Notes: generated from the letters alone by a model not told the origin. Counted from the first letter of the stretch, positions 49,427 through 60,254 are shown. The stretch: DNA of 64,000 nt from an uncultured Acetatifactor sp. (GCA_910584865.1 CAJUCE010000026.1:3472-67471), one strand, 5' to 3'. Numbers and translations: made by a program.

Positions 49427-50431
49427 ATGGAAACGGGAAAGGTGCCGGAGAATGTTTTGAAGCGTTCGGTATTAGGCCGGATGAAAGTGAAAAGCGGGGA
49501 AAGGCAGAGTGGCGCAGGGATAGGGAACGATTGCGCCATTTTCCCGTTTTCGGGAGAGGGGGCTGTAGCGTGCTGTGTGCAGGAGGCTGTGCTGAGCCGG
49601 CGGAAGGGAGAACGGGGGGACGCCGGGGCTTTTATGACGATGGCGGATCTGATCCAGAAATGTGCCAATAATCTTGCAGCCGGAGGCGCCCGGCCTGAGA
49701 GTGCCATGATTGCATTGCTTCTGCCGGAGGATACACAGGAGAAGGAAATCCGGGAGCTGATGGAGGAGGGCGCAGAAAAATGCGGGGAGCTGTCCATCGA
49801 GATAGCCGGCGGACAAACGAGAATAACGGCATCGGTGAAGAGGCCTGTGGCGGTGGTGACGGGAATCGGAAAGACAGGCAGATGCAGTCATAAGGAGATT
49901 GTACCGGGGCAGGATGTGATTTTAACTAAATGGATCGGGCTTCAGGGAACGGCCGTGCTTGCCAGGCGCTATGAGGATGAGCTGCTGCAAAGGTATCCTG
50001 CCTATCTTGTGAAGGAGGCACAGCGGTTTGACGTTTTTTTGTCTGTTTTGCCGGAGGCGGAAGCGGCTGTGAGAGTCGGCGCCGGCGCCATGCACGATGC
50101 CTCGGAGGGCGGTATTTTCGGGGCACTGTGGGAGATGGCAGAGGGCGCCGGCGTGGGGCTTCAGATCGATATGAGAAAGATTCCGCTGCGTCAGGAGACG
50201 GTGGAGATCTGTGAGTACTGTAATGTGAATCCTTATGAACTGATGTCCGGAGGATGTCTGGTGATAGCCACAGAGGACGGTTCCCGGTTGGTGCAGGCGT
50301 TGGAGGCGGAGGGAATTCCTGCCGCGGCAGTGGGAAAGATCACTGCCGGGAAGGCGAGAGTATTGCACAACGGGGAGGAGATTCGGTATATGAACAGGCC
50401 GGAGCGAGACGGGATTTATCTGCGGCGGTAA
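49427..50431 (+). CDS. AIR synthase/HypE-like protein
   Basis: GIGNDCA, IAGGQT, MHDASEGG. Confidence 0.85.
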   Translation: METGKVPENVLKRSVLGRMKVKSGERQSGAGIGNDCAIFPFSGEGAVACCVQEAVLSRRKGERGDAGAFMTMADLIQKCANNLAAGGARPESAMIALLLPEDTQEKEIRELMEEGAEKCGELSIEIAGGQTRITASVKRPVAVVTGIGKTGRCSHKEIVPGQDVILTKWIGLQGTAVLARRYEDELLQRYPAYLVKEAQRFDVFLSVLPEAEAAVRVGAGAMHDASEGGIFGALWEMAEGAGVGLQIDMRKIPLRQETVEICEYCNVNPYELMSGGCLVIATEDGSRLVQALEAEGIPAAAVGKITAGKARVLHNGEEIRYMNRPERDGIYLRR

Positions 50432-50601
50432 TATATTTCCGATAATGTAGCAGGTGCAAAATCATGGAAATTCTGCAAGATTTCCGATATTTCTTGTGCC
50501 GGTATATCGGGTGTGGTACAATAGCCGTATGTTTTGCAGGAGGAAAAAGAGGTGGAAAAGAAGCTAACAGCAGCTATCAATAATAAAGGGAGGTTGATAA
50601 A

Positions 50602-51084
50602 ATGAGAGAAGAATTATTGGCTATAATCGAAAGGAACAGTCGGATCGACTTAAAGGAACTGGCGGTGCTCCTGGGAACGGAAGAGGCGCTGATCGCCAAT
50701 GAACTGGCAGCCATGGAGCAGGAGGGCGTTATCTGCGGCTACCATACGATGGTTGATTGGGAGAAGACTTCCAAGGAAAAGGTATCTGCATTGATCGAGG
50801 TGCGGGTGACGCCTCAGAGAGGACAGGGATTTGACAGCATCGCGGAGAGGATCTATAAATATCCGGAAGTGCAGAGCGTGTATTTGATCTCCGGCAGCTA
50901 TGATCTGATGGTGATTCTGGAGGGGAAGACTCTGCGGGAGGTATCCTCTTTTGTGTCGGATAAACTGTCCACCCTGGAATCGGTACTCAGCGTTGCCACC
51001 CATTTTATTCTGAGAAAATATAAGGATCATGGCACGGTTCTTGACAAGAAAAAAGAAGATGAAAGAGAGATGATTACTCCATGA
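50602..51084 (+). CDS. Lrp/AsnC-family regulator
   Basis: N-terminal HTH; VYLISGSYDL RAM domain. Confidence 0.9.
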   Translation: MREELLAIIERNSRIDLKELAVLLGTEEALIANELAAMEQEGVICGYHTMVDWEKTSKEKVSALIEVRVTPQRGQGFDSIAERIYKYPEVQSVYLISGSYDLMVILEGKTLREVSSFVSDKLSTLESVLSVATHFILRKYKDHGTVLDKKKEDEREMITP

Positions 51085-52253
51085 GAAATCCTTTAGCAGA
51101 AAAGGTTGTAAATATTAAGCCGTCGGGGATCCGGAAATTTTTTGACATTGCCAGTGAGATGAAGGATGCTATTTCCCTGGGGGTGGGGGAACCGGATTTC
51201 GATACGCCGTGGCATATCCGGGATGAGGGTATATACTCTCTGGAGAAGGGAAGGACATTCTATACTTCCAACGCGGGCCTGAAGGAGCTGCGGGAGGAGA
51301 TTGCCAATTATATCTACAGAAAACAGGGGATCCGCTATGAGCACCCCATGAAGGAGATTCTGGTTACGGTAGGAGGTTCCGAGGCCATCGATATCGGTTT
51401 CAGAGCAATGATTAATCCCGGGGATGAGGTGCTGATTCCGCAGCCCAGCTTTGTATCCTACGAGCCCTGTGCAGTGATGGCGGGAGCGACTCCTGTGATC
51501 ATCAATCTGAAGGCAGAGAATGAATTCCGGCTTACGGCACAGGAGTTGGAGGAGGCTGTCACGGAGAGGACCAAGCTGCTGGTGCTTCCTTTTCCCAATA
51601 ATCCCACCGGCGCCATTATGGAGCAGAAGGATCTGGAGGCCATTGCGGAAGTGATTATAAAACATGACATCTATGTCATGTCAGATGAGATTTATTCCGA
51701 ATTGTCTTATAAAGAAAAACATGTGTCTATCGCTCAGATTCCGGGGATGAAAGAACGTACCATTCTGATCAATGGCTTCTCCAAGGCCTTTGCAATGACG
51801 GGATGGAGACTGGGGTATGCCTGCGGGCCGGAGCCCATCATCGAACAGATGATCAAGATTCATCAGTTTGCCATTATGTGCGCCCCTACCACCAGCCAGT
51901 ATGCGGCTATTGAGGCTCTGAAAAACGGGGATGAGGATGTGGCGGAGATGTGTACTGCCTACAACCAGAGACGCAGATACCTGGTGCATTGTTTCAAGGA
52001 GATGGGGCTTGAATGTTTTGAACCTTACGGCGCTTTTTATATTTTCCCCTGTATCAAGGAGTTCGGCATGTCCAGCGATGACTTTGCCATGAAATTCCTG
52101 GAGGAGGAGCGGGTGGCTGTGGTACCCGGGAACGCTTTCGGGGACTGCGGAGAGGGGTACCTGAGGATATCCTATGCTTCTTCTCTGGAAAATCTGCGGA
52201 TCGCAATGACAAAGCTGGCCCGGTTTGTGGAGAAGCTGCGCAGGGAGAGATAA
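51081..52253 (+). CDS. Class I/II PLP-dependent aminotransferase
   Basis: GEPDF, PNNPTG, SDEIY, FSKAFAMTGWRLG. Confidence 0.95.
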   Translation: MRNPLAEKVVNIKPSGIRKFFDIASEMKDAISLGVGEPDFDTPWHIRDEGIYSLEKGRTFYTSNAGLKELREEIANYIYRKQGIRYEHPMKEILVTVGGSEAIDIGFRAMINPGDEVLIPQPSFVSYEPCAVMAGATPVIINLKAENEFRLTAQELEEAVTERTKLLVLPFPNNPTGAIMEQKDLEAIAEVIIKHDIYVMSDEIYSELSYKEKHVSIAQIPGMKERTILINGFSKAFAMTGWRLGYACGPEPIIEQMIKIHQFAIMCAPTTSQYAAIEALKNGDEDVAEMCTAYNQRRRYLVHCFKEMGLECFEPYGAFYIFPCIKEFGMSSDDFAMKFLEEERVAVVPGNAFGDCGEGYLRISYASSLENLRIAMTKLARFVEKLRRER

Positions 52254-52308
52254 GTAATTACGTCCCGGCAGGGAAGGTTTCAGGAACCTTATGCAGCGGA
52301 GGAAGAGC

Positions 52309-52821
52309 ATGCACATTATATTACATCAACCGGAAATCCCCGGAAATACGGGAAATATCGGGCGTACCTGCGTAGCTACAGGTACGCCCCTGCATTTGAT
52401 AGAGCCGCTGGGCTTTCATCTGGACGAAAAATCCATCCGCCGGGCCGGAATGGATTATTGGTTTGCGTTAGATGTACAGCGGTATATGAATTTTGAGGAA
52501 TTTCAGGAACGGCATCCGGGAGCGAAGATCTGGATGGCTACCACCAAGGCGAAGCATGTCTATACGGAGGTGGCTTACGGACCGGACGACTATATTATGT
52601 TCGGCAAGGAGAGCGCCGGAATTCCGGAGGAAATCCTGGTAGAGCATGAGGAAACCTGTATCCGCATTCCCATGCTGCCGTCTATCCGTTCTCTGAACCT
52701 GGCCAATGCCGTATCTATCGTGCTCTATGAGGCTCTGCGGCAGAGTGAGTTTGCCGGGATGCAGCAGGAAGGGGAGCTGCATCGGCTGAAGTGGAAGAGG
52801 GATGGAAGTTTGTCAAAATAA
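52309..52821 (+). CDS. trmL: tRNA (cytidine/uridine-2'-O)-methyltransferase
   Basis: PEIPGNTGNIGRTC, RRAGMDYW, FGKESAG, RSLNLAN. Confidence 0.93.
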   Translation: MHIILHQPEIPGNTGNIGRTCVATGTPLHLIEPLGFHLDEKSIRRAGMDYWFALDVQRYMNFEEFQERHPGAKIWMATTKAKHVYTEVAYGPDDYIMFGKESAGIPEEILVEHEETCIRIPMLPSIRSLNLANAVSIVLYEALRQSEFAGMQQEGELHRLKWKRDGSLSK

Positions 52822-52832
52822 CTGAGCCGGAA

Positions 52833-52867
52833 AAAGCCCTCGTTTTATACTATGGAACGAGGGCTTT
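52833..52867. terminator. Bidirectional terminator
   Basis: AAAGCCCTCGTT / AACGAGGGCTTT stem. Confidence 0.7.
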
Positions 52868-52963
52868 AAAAGCGGTACTTCCGGCGCCGTATAAGCCTTA
52901 CTCTTATTGGTTTTTTTGTAAGACAGAAGCCATGGTTTTGCAAGGTGTAATTTTCGGGTTTTC

Positions 52964-53878
52964 CTAACCTGCAAACGTCAACAGCACTGGTATGGTAAAC
53001 ACGCATAATATGGTAGTCAAAATAATGGCGGCGCTGCAGGTGCTTGGGTCAATTCCCTTCTGGGTGCCCAGAATCAGGGGCATATTCCCGATAGGCATGC
53101 CGAACATCACGATACAGACGGAGATCAGCGCCTGGTCTCCTGTAATCAGCTTCAGCAGCGGCAGCATGGCAAGGGGGAGAAGCAGAAGCTTGATTGCTGA
53201 AAAAACGTACAGCCTTGGCTGACAGAATATTTTTTTCAGATCCGAATGGGCCAGAGTGAATCCCACTGCAACCAATGCCATAGGGGAGGTCACATTGCCA
53301 AGGTAGGTAACGGCGGTTTTGATGAATCCAGGAAGCTGTATGCCGCAGGCGATGATCAGCAGTGCCAGCAGCCCGGATATAGTACCGGGATTGAACATGG
53401 ATTTCAGAGAGGACGGGGAGAATTTTCCGTCCATCAGCGCTACGCCGTAGGTATAGAATACGATTGTGTAAATCAGCAGAAATTCGGTTACATAGACCAC
53501 ATATTCCTCCCCCAGGATACTGGAGACCACCGGAATGCCGATGAATCCCAGATTGGAGAAGACGAACATCTCCTGAAAAATTTTTCTCTGCTCAGGTATT
53601 TTGTCGAAAAGGGGCGACAGCACCATGCCTGTCACAACGAAGACGGCGAACATCCCCAGAGCGATGATTCCCACCAGCCCTATGGTGCCAAGGGGAACCA
53701 GTCCTGCGGAATTGGCTGCGCTGGACAGGATCAGCATAGGGTTGAACACATTGACGATCATTTTGGACATCTGGGTGTTGGTATGTGCGTCCATCATTTC
53801 TTTTTTTGCCATAAAATACCCTGCGCCGATCATGATCAACAGAGCCAGCATCTGAAAAAATACGGTAATAATAGTCAT
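52964..53878 (-). CDS. AEC-family transporter
   Basis: FSNLGFIGIP, GMP motifs; multiple TM segments. Confidence 0.88.
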   Translation of the reverse strand: MTIITVFFQMLALLIMIGAGYFMAKKEMMDAHTNTQMSKMIVNVFNPMLILSSAANSAGLVPLGTIGLVGIIALGMFAVFVVTGMVLSPLFDKIPEQRKIFQEMFVFSNLGFIGIPVVSSILGEEYVVYVTEFLLIYTIVFYTYGVALMDGKFSPSSLKSMFNPGTISGLLALLIIACGIQLPGFIKTAVTYLGNVTSPMALVAVGFTLAHSDLKKIFCQPRLYVFSAIKLLLLPLAMLPLLKLITGDQALISVCIVMFGMPIGNMPLILGTQKGIDPSTCSAAIILTTILCVFTIPVLLTFAG

Positions 53879-54061
53879 ATTCTGTCCTCCTTCCGCCCGG
53901 AGAAAGCCTTTGCCGGACGGATGTGATTCTTCCTTTTTGGTTTCATTCAGTTTAGCACAAAATTCCTAATCAGACAATCCCGGAAAAAGATATCGAACAT
54001 TTTGCATATTTTTCTTTTGAGGTGAAATGCTAGAACAAGAGACTGATCAGGGGAGGTTATT

Positions 54062-55501
54062 ATGTCTGAAAAAATCGATGACAAAGGAAACAGAAAAGAG
54101 GAAATTACGGAAGATGTGCGCCCTTTCGGTATTCGGGACAAAATCGGATACATGTTCGGGGACTTCGGAAATGATTTCAGCTTTATTTTTGCCAGCAACT
54201 ATCTGATGGTTTTTTATACCAAAGTATTGGGGCTGAGCGGTTATGTAGTGGGACTGCTTTTCCTGGGAGCCAGATTTGTGGACGCTTTTACGGATGTAAC
54301 CATGGGACGTATCGTAGATAATTTGCAGCCTGCAAAAGACGGCAGATTCAGGGCGTGGATCCGGCGTATGAGCATTCCCGTGGCGGTGGCCAGTTCAATA
54401 ATGTACCTGTATTTTGTCCGGGATTGGGCTTACTCGGCGAAGCTTGCCTATGTGATTATTACCTATCTGTTCTGGGGGAGCTTTTGCTATACCGCAATCA
54501 ACATTCCATACGGTTCCATGGCATCGGTCATCAGCCCTGATGTAAAAGAACGGGCCTCCCTGTCCACATTCCGCAGCATCGGCGCCAGTCTGGCCGGATT
54601 TGTCATCGGCGTGCTGGTGCCTCTGATCGTCTATGAGACGGATACGGAAGGGAATCAGATCGTGAAGCCGGTAAGCTTTACCCTGACGGCAATTGTCTTC
54701 GGTATCCTTGCAGTGCTTTGCTATATTCTGTGTTATACGCTGTGCCGGGAGCGGGTGGTATTTGAAAAAAAGAAAGAAAAGCGGCGAGGCGCCGGGGAAC
54801 TGCTCAAAGGCCTGGCGGGGAACCGGCCTCTGCTGGCCCTGGTATGTGCGGCGCTGATATTGCTTCTGGCGACGATGTTGGCGCAGGCGATGAATAATTA
54901 CCTGTTTCTGGATTATTTTAAAAATGCCAGGGTACTGTCTGTCGTTAATGTAGTGGGTATCGGAGGGACGCTGCTCCTGGCGCCTTTTATCGCCCGGATT
55001 GTGGCGAATTTCGGAAAAAAAGAAGCGGGGGCAGCGGGAATGCTGGTGGCAGGGGCAGTGTATCTGCTGCTGTTCGTACTGCGGGTGAAGAGCATTCCCC
55101 TGTATATGGTGCTTTTGTTTCTGGGAAACCTGGGAACCGGACTGTTTAATATGATCATATGGGCCTTTATTACGGATATTATTGACTACCAAGAGATAGT
55201 CACCGGAAGGCGGGAGGACGGTACGGTTTATGCGGTTTATTCCTTTGCCAGGAAGGTGGGACAGGCTCTGGCAGGCGGACTGGGAGGCTTTGTACTCACT
55301 GCCATCGGCTATATTTCCGAGGCGGCTTCCCAGACGGAGGCAGTGGCGGAGCGGATTTATACGGTGGCCACCCTGATACCGGGCTTGTGCTATCTGGCGG
55401 TATTTCTGATACTGCAGTTTGCCTATCCGCTGACCAGAAGGGCAGTGGAAAAAAATACTGCCATTTTGAAGGAAAAGAGAGAACAGGAAAGGGACGGATA
55501 A
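54062..55501 (+). CDS. Glycoside-pentoside-hexuronide (GPH) cation symporter
   Basis: KIGYMFGDFG, DAFTD..MG..VD, NIPYGSM, GRREDG. Confidence 0.92.
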   Translation: MSEKIDDKGNRKEEITEDVRPFGIRDKIGYMFGDFGNDFSFIFASNYLMVFYTKVLGLSGYVVGLLFLGARFVDAFTDVTMGRIVDNLQPAKDGRFRAWIRRMSIPVAVASSIMYLYFVRDWAYSAKLAYVIITYLFWGSFCYTAINIPYGSMASVISPDVKERASLSTFRSIGASLAGFVIGVLVPLIVYETDTEGNQIVKPVSFTLTAIVFGILAVLCYILCYTLCRERVVFEKKKEKRRGAGELLKGLAGNRPLLALVCAALILLLATMLAQAMNNYLFLDYFKNARVLSVVNVVGIGGTLLLAPFIARIVANFGKKEAGAAGMLVAGAVYLLLFVLRVKSIPLYMVLLFLGNLGTGLFNMIIWAFITDIIDYQEIVTGRREDGTVYAVYSFARKVGQALAGGLGGFVLTAIGYISEAASQTEAVAERIYTVATLIPGLCYLAVFLILQFAYPLTRRAVEKNTAILKEKREQERDG

Positions 55502-55626
55502 GTGTAGAAGCAAATAACAGGCCTTTCACAGTAGATCAAAGGCGGCAGCGATTAGAAGAGAGCGAGAAAGTGATATCGGGAGAATGCAGGCGGGGAAGAA
55601 AGCGGAGCCGAAAGAAAGGGGAAGTC

Positions 55627-56829
55627 ATGGAATTCGAAAAAGGAATGCCGAATGAAGAGATCGCAATAGCGGTCCGGTTTGACCGGACGGCACCCGGAAG
55701 CGGAATAGAAGCTGTGTGCAGAGTGGAAAGCGGCAGAGCTTTTTTGCAGTGGGAATTTCATCTGGTCTTGTACTGGAAAAATCAGATAAAAAAAGTCAAG
55801 ATTCCGGGCGATGCACAGGGAACAAGCTTGGGTAAGTACTGGGAAATGGAGGAAACAGATGGATTTCCCGACAATACGCCGCTCTGCAGGTGTCCGGAAT
55901 CTGTCAGGCTCCGTCTCATGGATATGCAGGAACGTCCGGTTCTGGAATGTATCGGGCTTTTGCGGGAGGAAGAGATACTGCAGTCTATTCTGCCGCAGCC
56001 CGTACTCTGGAAGGGAGTAGGGAACCCGTATTTGTATAAGGCTGAAGCCATTCTGGAAGATGAGGCGGGATTTTGCCTGGACCGGGTCTCCGCGCGGCTG
56101 GCTCTGCGTCGTGTGGAGCTCAGAATAATAGACGGAGAGAAACAACTGTTGTTAAACGGAAATATGTTGGAGCCAAGGATGGTACAATATACCCTGCCCC
56201 AGACCGGCAGTGCGGTAGAGAGACAGCGGCTGTGGACAGACGATTTGGGACAATTGCGGCAGCTGGGGGCCAATTGTATTTTGTGGGACAGTACAGTGGG
56301 GATGCCAGAGGATGCCAATCCTTTTCTGCAAATGTGTGACAGGCTTGGCTTTTTGGTTTTTACCACGCAAGAAGGGGGAGGGATTGCAGAATGTTGGGAG
56401 ATACAGGGCGGAGAATTCCTTCGGGGAATGGAAGAGAACCAGCCGATTCCGGCTTTCCGCGGTTCAGGGGACAGTTTCTTTGTGCCGGGACGGACCGCAC
56501 CTACTCCCCTTTTTTACCGGTACCGTGCAAAGTGGAGCAGAGAGCCGTTTGTGTACCTGGCGCCGGAAAGTGTAAAACAGATGGACAGCGGAAATTACAG
56601 GGTCTGGTGTTATAGTAACTGCGGTAAAGTGGCGCTTTATTCGGACGGCAGACTGTTTGAATTCAAAGCGGGGGAGCTCGTTTTTTCTTTTCAGGAAATT
56701 CCCTGCACTAAGCCTACCATCCTGCTGACGGCGGAGGCGGATGGATGCAGCCATTCTCTGGCGATTCACAAATCTTTCACAAAACAATCACCAAATGATG
56801 ACATTTACCCATCTTTCCAAAGGCTATAG
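55627..56829 (+). CDS. Degenerate GH2-like protein
   Basis: LWKGVGNPYLY, LGANCI, CDRLG, FYRYRAKWS.EP, YSNC motifs; catalytic barrel appears much shortened. Confidence 0.55.
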   Translation: MEFEKGMPNEEIAIAVRFDRTAPGSGIEAVCRVESGRAFLQWEFHLVLYWKNQIKKVKIPGDAQGTSLGKYWEMEETDGFPDNTPLCRCPESVRLRLMDMQERPVLECIGLLREEEILQSILPQPVLWKGVGNPYLYKAEAILEDEAGFCLDRVSARLALRRVELRIIDGEKQLLLNGNMLEPRMVQYTLPQTGSAVERQRLWTDDLGQLRQLGANCILWDSTVGMPEDANPFLQMCDRLGFLVFTTQEGGGIAECWEIQGGEFLRGMEENQPIPAFRGSGDSFFVPGRTAPTPLFYRYRAKWSREPFVYLAPESVKQMDSGNYRVWCYSNCGKVALYSDGRLFEFKAGELVFSFQEIPCTKPTILLTAEADGCSHSLAIHKSFTKQSPNDDIYPSFQRL

Positions 56830-57475
56830 ACAGAGAGTGGGGCTGTCCCAGGCCATATTGGGTGACCCGGAGGTAATTATTCTGGATGAACCCTCTGTGG
56901 GGCTGGATCCCAAACAGATTATCGAGACCCGGGATCTGATCCGCAGTCTGGGGGAGTCGCACACGATTATCCTGAGTTCCCATATCCTTTCCGAAGTCAG
57001 CGCGCTCTGTGATCACATCATGATCATATCCCGAGGGCGGCTGGCAGCCAGCGATTCGCCAGCCGGGCTGCAAAGGTTGATGAGCGGCTCCATGGAACTG
57101 CAGTTGACAGTGAAGGGTGCAAAAGAACAGCTGCAAACCGTGTTGGAAACGGTTCCGGGTGTGGCTTCCATGGAAATGCTGACAGAGGTAAGGGAGGATT
57201 TTTCCCGGATTAAAGTGGTTTCCATGGAAAATACGGATATCAGAGAGGAGCTTTTCTATGCGCTTTCCGAAGCCAGGATGCCCATTATGGAGATGGAGGT
57301 TTCCGAGAAATCTCTGGAAGACATTTTCCTGGAACTGACACAGGATGGGGAATGCAGCGAACCCAGGCAGCGAAGAGGAAGGCTGTCAGGTGGCAGACGG
57401 CGGAAGAAGGATGCCCCGGAAGATGCCGCAGAAGCCATGGCAGAAGCGGAAATGGCTGGAAAGGAGGATAACTAA
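56810..57475 (+). pseudogene. ABC ATP-binding protein (GldA-like) lacking its N-terminal half
   Basis: LSKGYRQRVGL, ILDEPSVGLDP and SSH present; Walker A absent. Confidence 0.8.
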
Positions 57476-59602
57476 ATGTCGGCGATTTATAAAAGAGAAC
57501 TGAAGTCGTACTTTCGTTCTTTCATCGGGCTGCTTTTTATTGCGGTTACTTTATTTTTTGTCAGTCTATATTATACCGCCGTGAATTTGTTTCAGGGCTA
57601 TCCTTATTTTTCTTACGCCCTTTCCAGCGTGGTCATTTTGTTCCTGATCAGCGTGCCTGTGCTGACCATGCGGAGTCTGGCTGAGGAAAAACGCAATAGG
57701 ACAGATCAGATGATCCTGACGGCTCCCGTGTCCATAGGCGGGATCGTCATGGGAAAATACCTGGCACTGCTTACCGTATTCGCCATTCCCACTGGTTTTG
57801 TCGCCATTTACCCGCTGATCATGGGAAGTTTCGGCGATATTCCCACGTCGGAGGCATATCTGTCACTATTTGCCTTTTTCTTATACGGAATGATGGCAAT
57901 TGCCATAGGCTTATTGGTCTCTTCCCTAACGGAGAGCCAGGTAATCGCGTCGGTACTGACTTTCATTATCCTGTTTCTGGCTTATATGATGGATTCCATC
58001 TGTGGGCTGATTTCTTCTACAGGGAACTGGCTTACGGCAATATTGCGGTGTCTGGATATGTATACGCCCTTTTCCAATCTATTGAACGGGACACTGGATG
58101 TAAAATCGGTATTTTATTTTATCTCCATGACGGCTCTGGCATTATTTCTCACAGTGCAGTCCATTCAGAAGCGACGTTACAGTATTTCCGTGAAAAGTTT
58201 CGCGATGGGCGCCTACAGTACCGGGATGATTGCCGTGGCAACGGGGATCGTTGTCATTGCAAATGTGGTGCTGGGAGAGCTGCCGGCCTCCTGGATTTCC
58301 GTGGATGTCACCGGCGAAAAGCTGTATTCTCTCACGGAGCAGACCAGGGAATATGTGAAAAATATGAATGAGGATGTGACCATTTATGTGATCGTGTCCG
58401 ATGCAAATAAAGATATGGTGCTGGCTCAGACTCTGCAGCGGTATGATGATCTGTCGGAGCATATTACGGTGGAATATGTGGATCCCAATGTAAATCCCAG
58501 ATTCCATACCCAGTACACCAGTGAAAACATCAGTTTGAACTCCCTGATCGTAGTCAGCGCAAAACGGAATGCAGTGGTAGATTACAATGATATCTACGAA
58601 ACCAGTTATGATTACGATTCCTATACAGGAGGGTATTCTGCCAACACCACCGGGTACGACGGAGAGGGGCAGATTACCAGCGCCCTGGACAGGGTACTGA
58701 CAGATGATGTACCGAAGTTGTACCTGACCCAGGGACATGGGGAAGCTGCTCTTGGTACTACTTTTACCAATGCCCTGAAAAAGGAGAATACGGAATATGA
58801 GCGTATCAATCTGATGGACTATGATGGGGTTCCGGAGGATGCGGCCTGCCTGTTGATTCATGGCGCTACAGGGGATTTTTCCGCGGATGATATCCAGAAG
58901 GTAGTTCAATATCTGGAACGGGGAGGAAATGTGATTCTGGTGACGGGAATTTCCGAGACGCAGACGCCTAATCTGGACAGTCTGTATGATTACATGGGAT
59001 TACAGGTGGCTGACGGGCTTGTAGTAGAGAAGAATGAGGCAAACTATTACAGAAATCCCTATTACCTGCTGCCAACCCTGGGATACAGCAGTTATACAAC
59101 AGGGCTTTCCGGACAATATTATGTGTTCGTTCCCTTTGCCCAGGGAATATTGATTGAAAATGAGGAGAGAGAAGACATTGCCTATACGAAATTCCTGACC
59201 ACTTCCGATGATGCATTTGCAAAGGCGGATATCTCCAATCTGGAGAATTATGACAAGAGTGAAGGAGATATTGACGGTCCTTTTGCCGTGGGTGTATCGG
59301 CGGTAAAGACATTGGAGGATGGAACGGAGGCCACCATGGTAATGTACGGCTGCGAGCAGATTTTCTCAGATGAAGCGAATGTTATGGTCAGCGGCGCCAA
59401 TCGGATTATGTTCACAAATACGGTGGGCACTTTTGCCAGACATGAGGTCAGTGTGTCTGTTCCGGCCAAGAGCTATGAGGTGTCCTACCTGATGATTCCC
59501 CAGTCCCGTGTCATATTGCTTGGGGTGCTTTTGACAGTCGTTATACCGTTAGGATGCCTGGCGGCGGGATTTGTGATCTGGTTTAGAAGGAGGAAGCTGT
59601 GA
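57476..59602 (+). CDS. GldF/GldG-like fused ABC permease
   Basis: ABC-2 TM region (LAEEKRNRTDQMILTAP), D.T..KLYSL, GHGE motif, C-terminal TM. Confidence 0.85.
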   Translation: MSAIYKRELKSYFRSFIGLLFIAVTLFFVSLYYTAVNLFQGYPYFSYALSSVVILFLISVPVLTMRSLAEEKRNRTDQMILTAPVSIGGIVMGKYLALLTVFAIPTGFVAIYPLIMGSFGDIPTSEAYLSLFAFFLYGMMAIAIGLLVSSLTESQVIASVLTFIILFLAYMMDSICGLISSTGNWLTAILRCLDMYTPFSNLLNGTLDVKSVFYFISMTALALFLTVQSIQKRRYSISVKSFAMGAYSTGMIAVATGIVVIANVVLGELPASWISVDVTGEKLYSLTEQTREYVKNMNEDVTIYVIVSDANKDMVLAQTLQRYDDLSEHITVEYVDPNVNPRFHTQYTSENISLNSLIVVSAKRNAVVDYNDIYETSYDYDSYTGGYSANTTGYDGEGQITSALDRVLTDDVPKLYLTQGHGEAALGTTFTNALKKENTEYERINLMDYDGVPEDAACLLIHGATGDFSADDIQKVVQYLERGGNVILVTGISETQTPNLDSLYDYMGLQVADGLVVEKNEANYYRNPYYLLPTLGYSSYTTGLSGQYYVFVPFAQGILIENEEREDIAYTKFLTTSDDAFAKADISNLENYDKSEGDIDGPFAVGVSAVKTLEDGTEATMVMYGCEQIFSDEANVMVSGANRIMFTNTVGTFARHEVSVSVPAKSYEVSYLMIPQSRVILLGVLLTVVIPLGCLAAGFVIWFRRRKL

Positions 59603-60216
59603 TGAAGAAGCAGAAGAGGCAATTGGTGATTCTGCTGGCGGTGCTGGTGATATTGGCCGGCGCCGTTCCGGGCGTGAGATATTTTATGGAGAAAAGAGAG
59701 GCGAAGGAAGCGCAGGAGGCAGCAGAGCAGAAAGGCGACGTGATTATAGATGCAGCCTATGAGGATGTGGTAAAATTTTCCTACGATTATGAGGGGGTAA
59801 ATTATACTTTTGAAAAAGAAGAGGAGTCCTGGCGTATAGCGGAGGATCATACCCTCAATCTCAAGGAATATTCGATAAAAAATATACTGTCCGGTGTAAC
59901 GCCGCTCACTGCCCGGCAGAACATTGAAGATGTGACGGATCTGGGTCAGTATGGGCTGGACCAGCCGGAGCGGACCATAACTTTAGACACGGGCTCGGCC
60001 AGCTACATTCTGTATGTGGGGGATCACAATACCTTGACGGGGACCTATTATGTGAGCATGCCGTCAGAGGCGAGAGTGTATGTGGTAGAGCAGACTGTGA
60101 TCACCCGGTTTAATCAGACCTATGAGGATGTGACCGAGGAAGCGGAGGAGGAGTCAGGCGAAGATACGGGAGAGGAGAGTGATGGCTCTTCCGCTGAGCC
60201 GGAAGCATCAGGTTAA
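59599..60216 (+). CDS. DUF4340-like protein
   Basis: N-terminal TM, LGQYGLDQP; typical partner of GldG-type ABC systems. Confidence 0.75.
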   Translation: MMKKQKRQLVILLAVLVILAGAVPGVRYFMEKREAKEAQEAAEQKGDVIIDAAYEDVVKFSYDYEGVNYTFEKEEESWRIAEDHTLNLKEYSIKNILSGVTPLTARQNIEDVTDLGQYGLDQPERTITLDTGSASYILYVGDHNTLTGTYYVSMPSEARVYVVEQTVITRFNQTYEDVTEEAEEESGEDTGEESDGSSAEPEASG

Positions 60217-60225
60217 AGAAATACA

Positions 60226-60254
60226 TTGACAATGCTTCCGCTATCGGTTACCAT
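60226..60254 (+). promoter_or_regulatory. Sigma-A promoter
   Basis: TTGACA-17 bp-TACCAT. Confidence 0.55.

Noticed and set aside
8623..58909. Long antisense ORFs (e.g. 8623-9621, 16755-17798, 43596-44747, 54395-55513)
   Set aside because: They are shadows of well-supported genes on the opposite strand and have no motifs or RBS.
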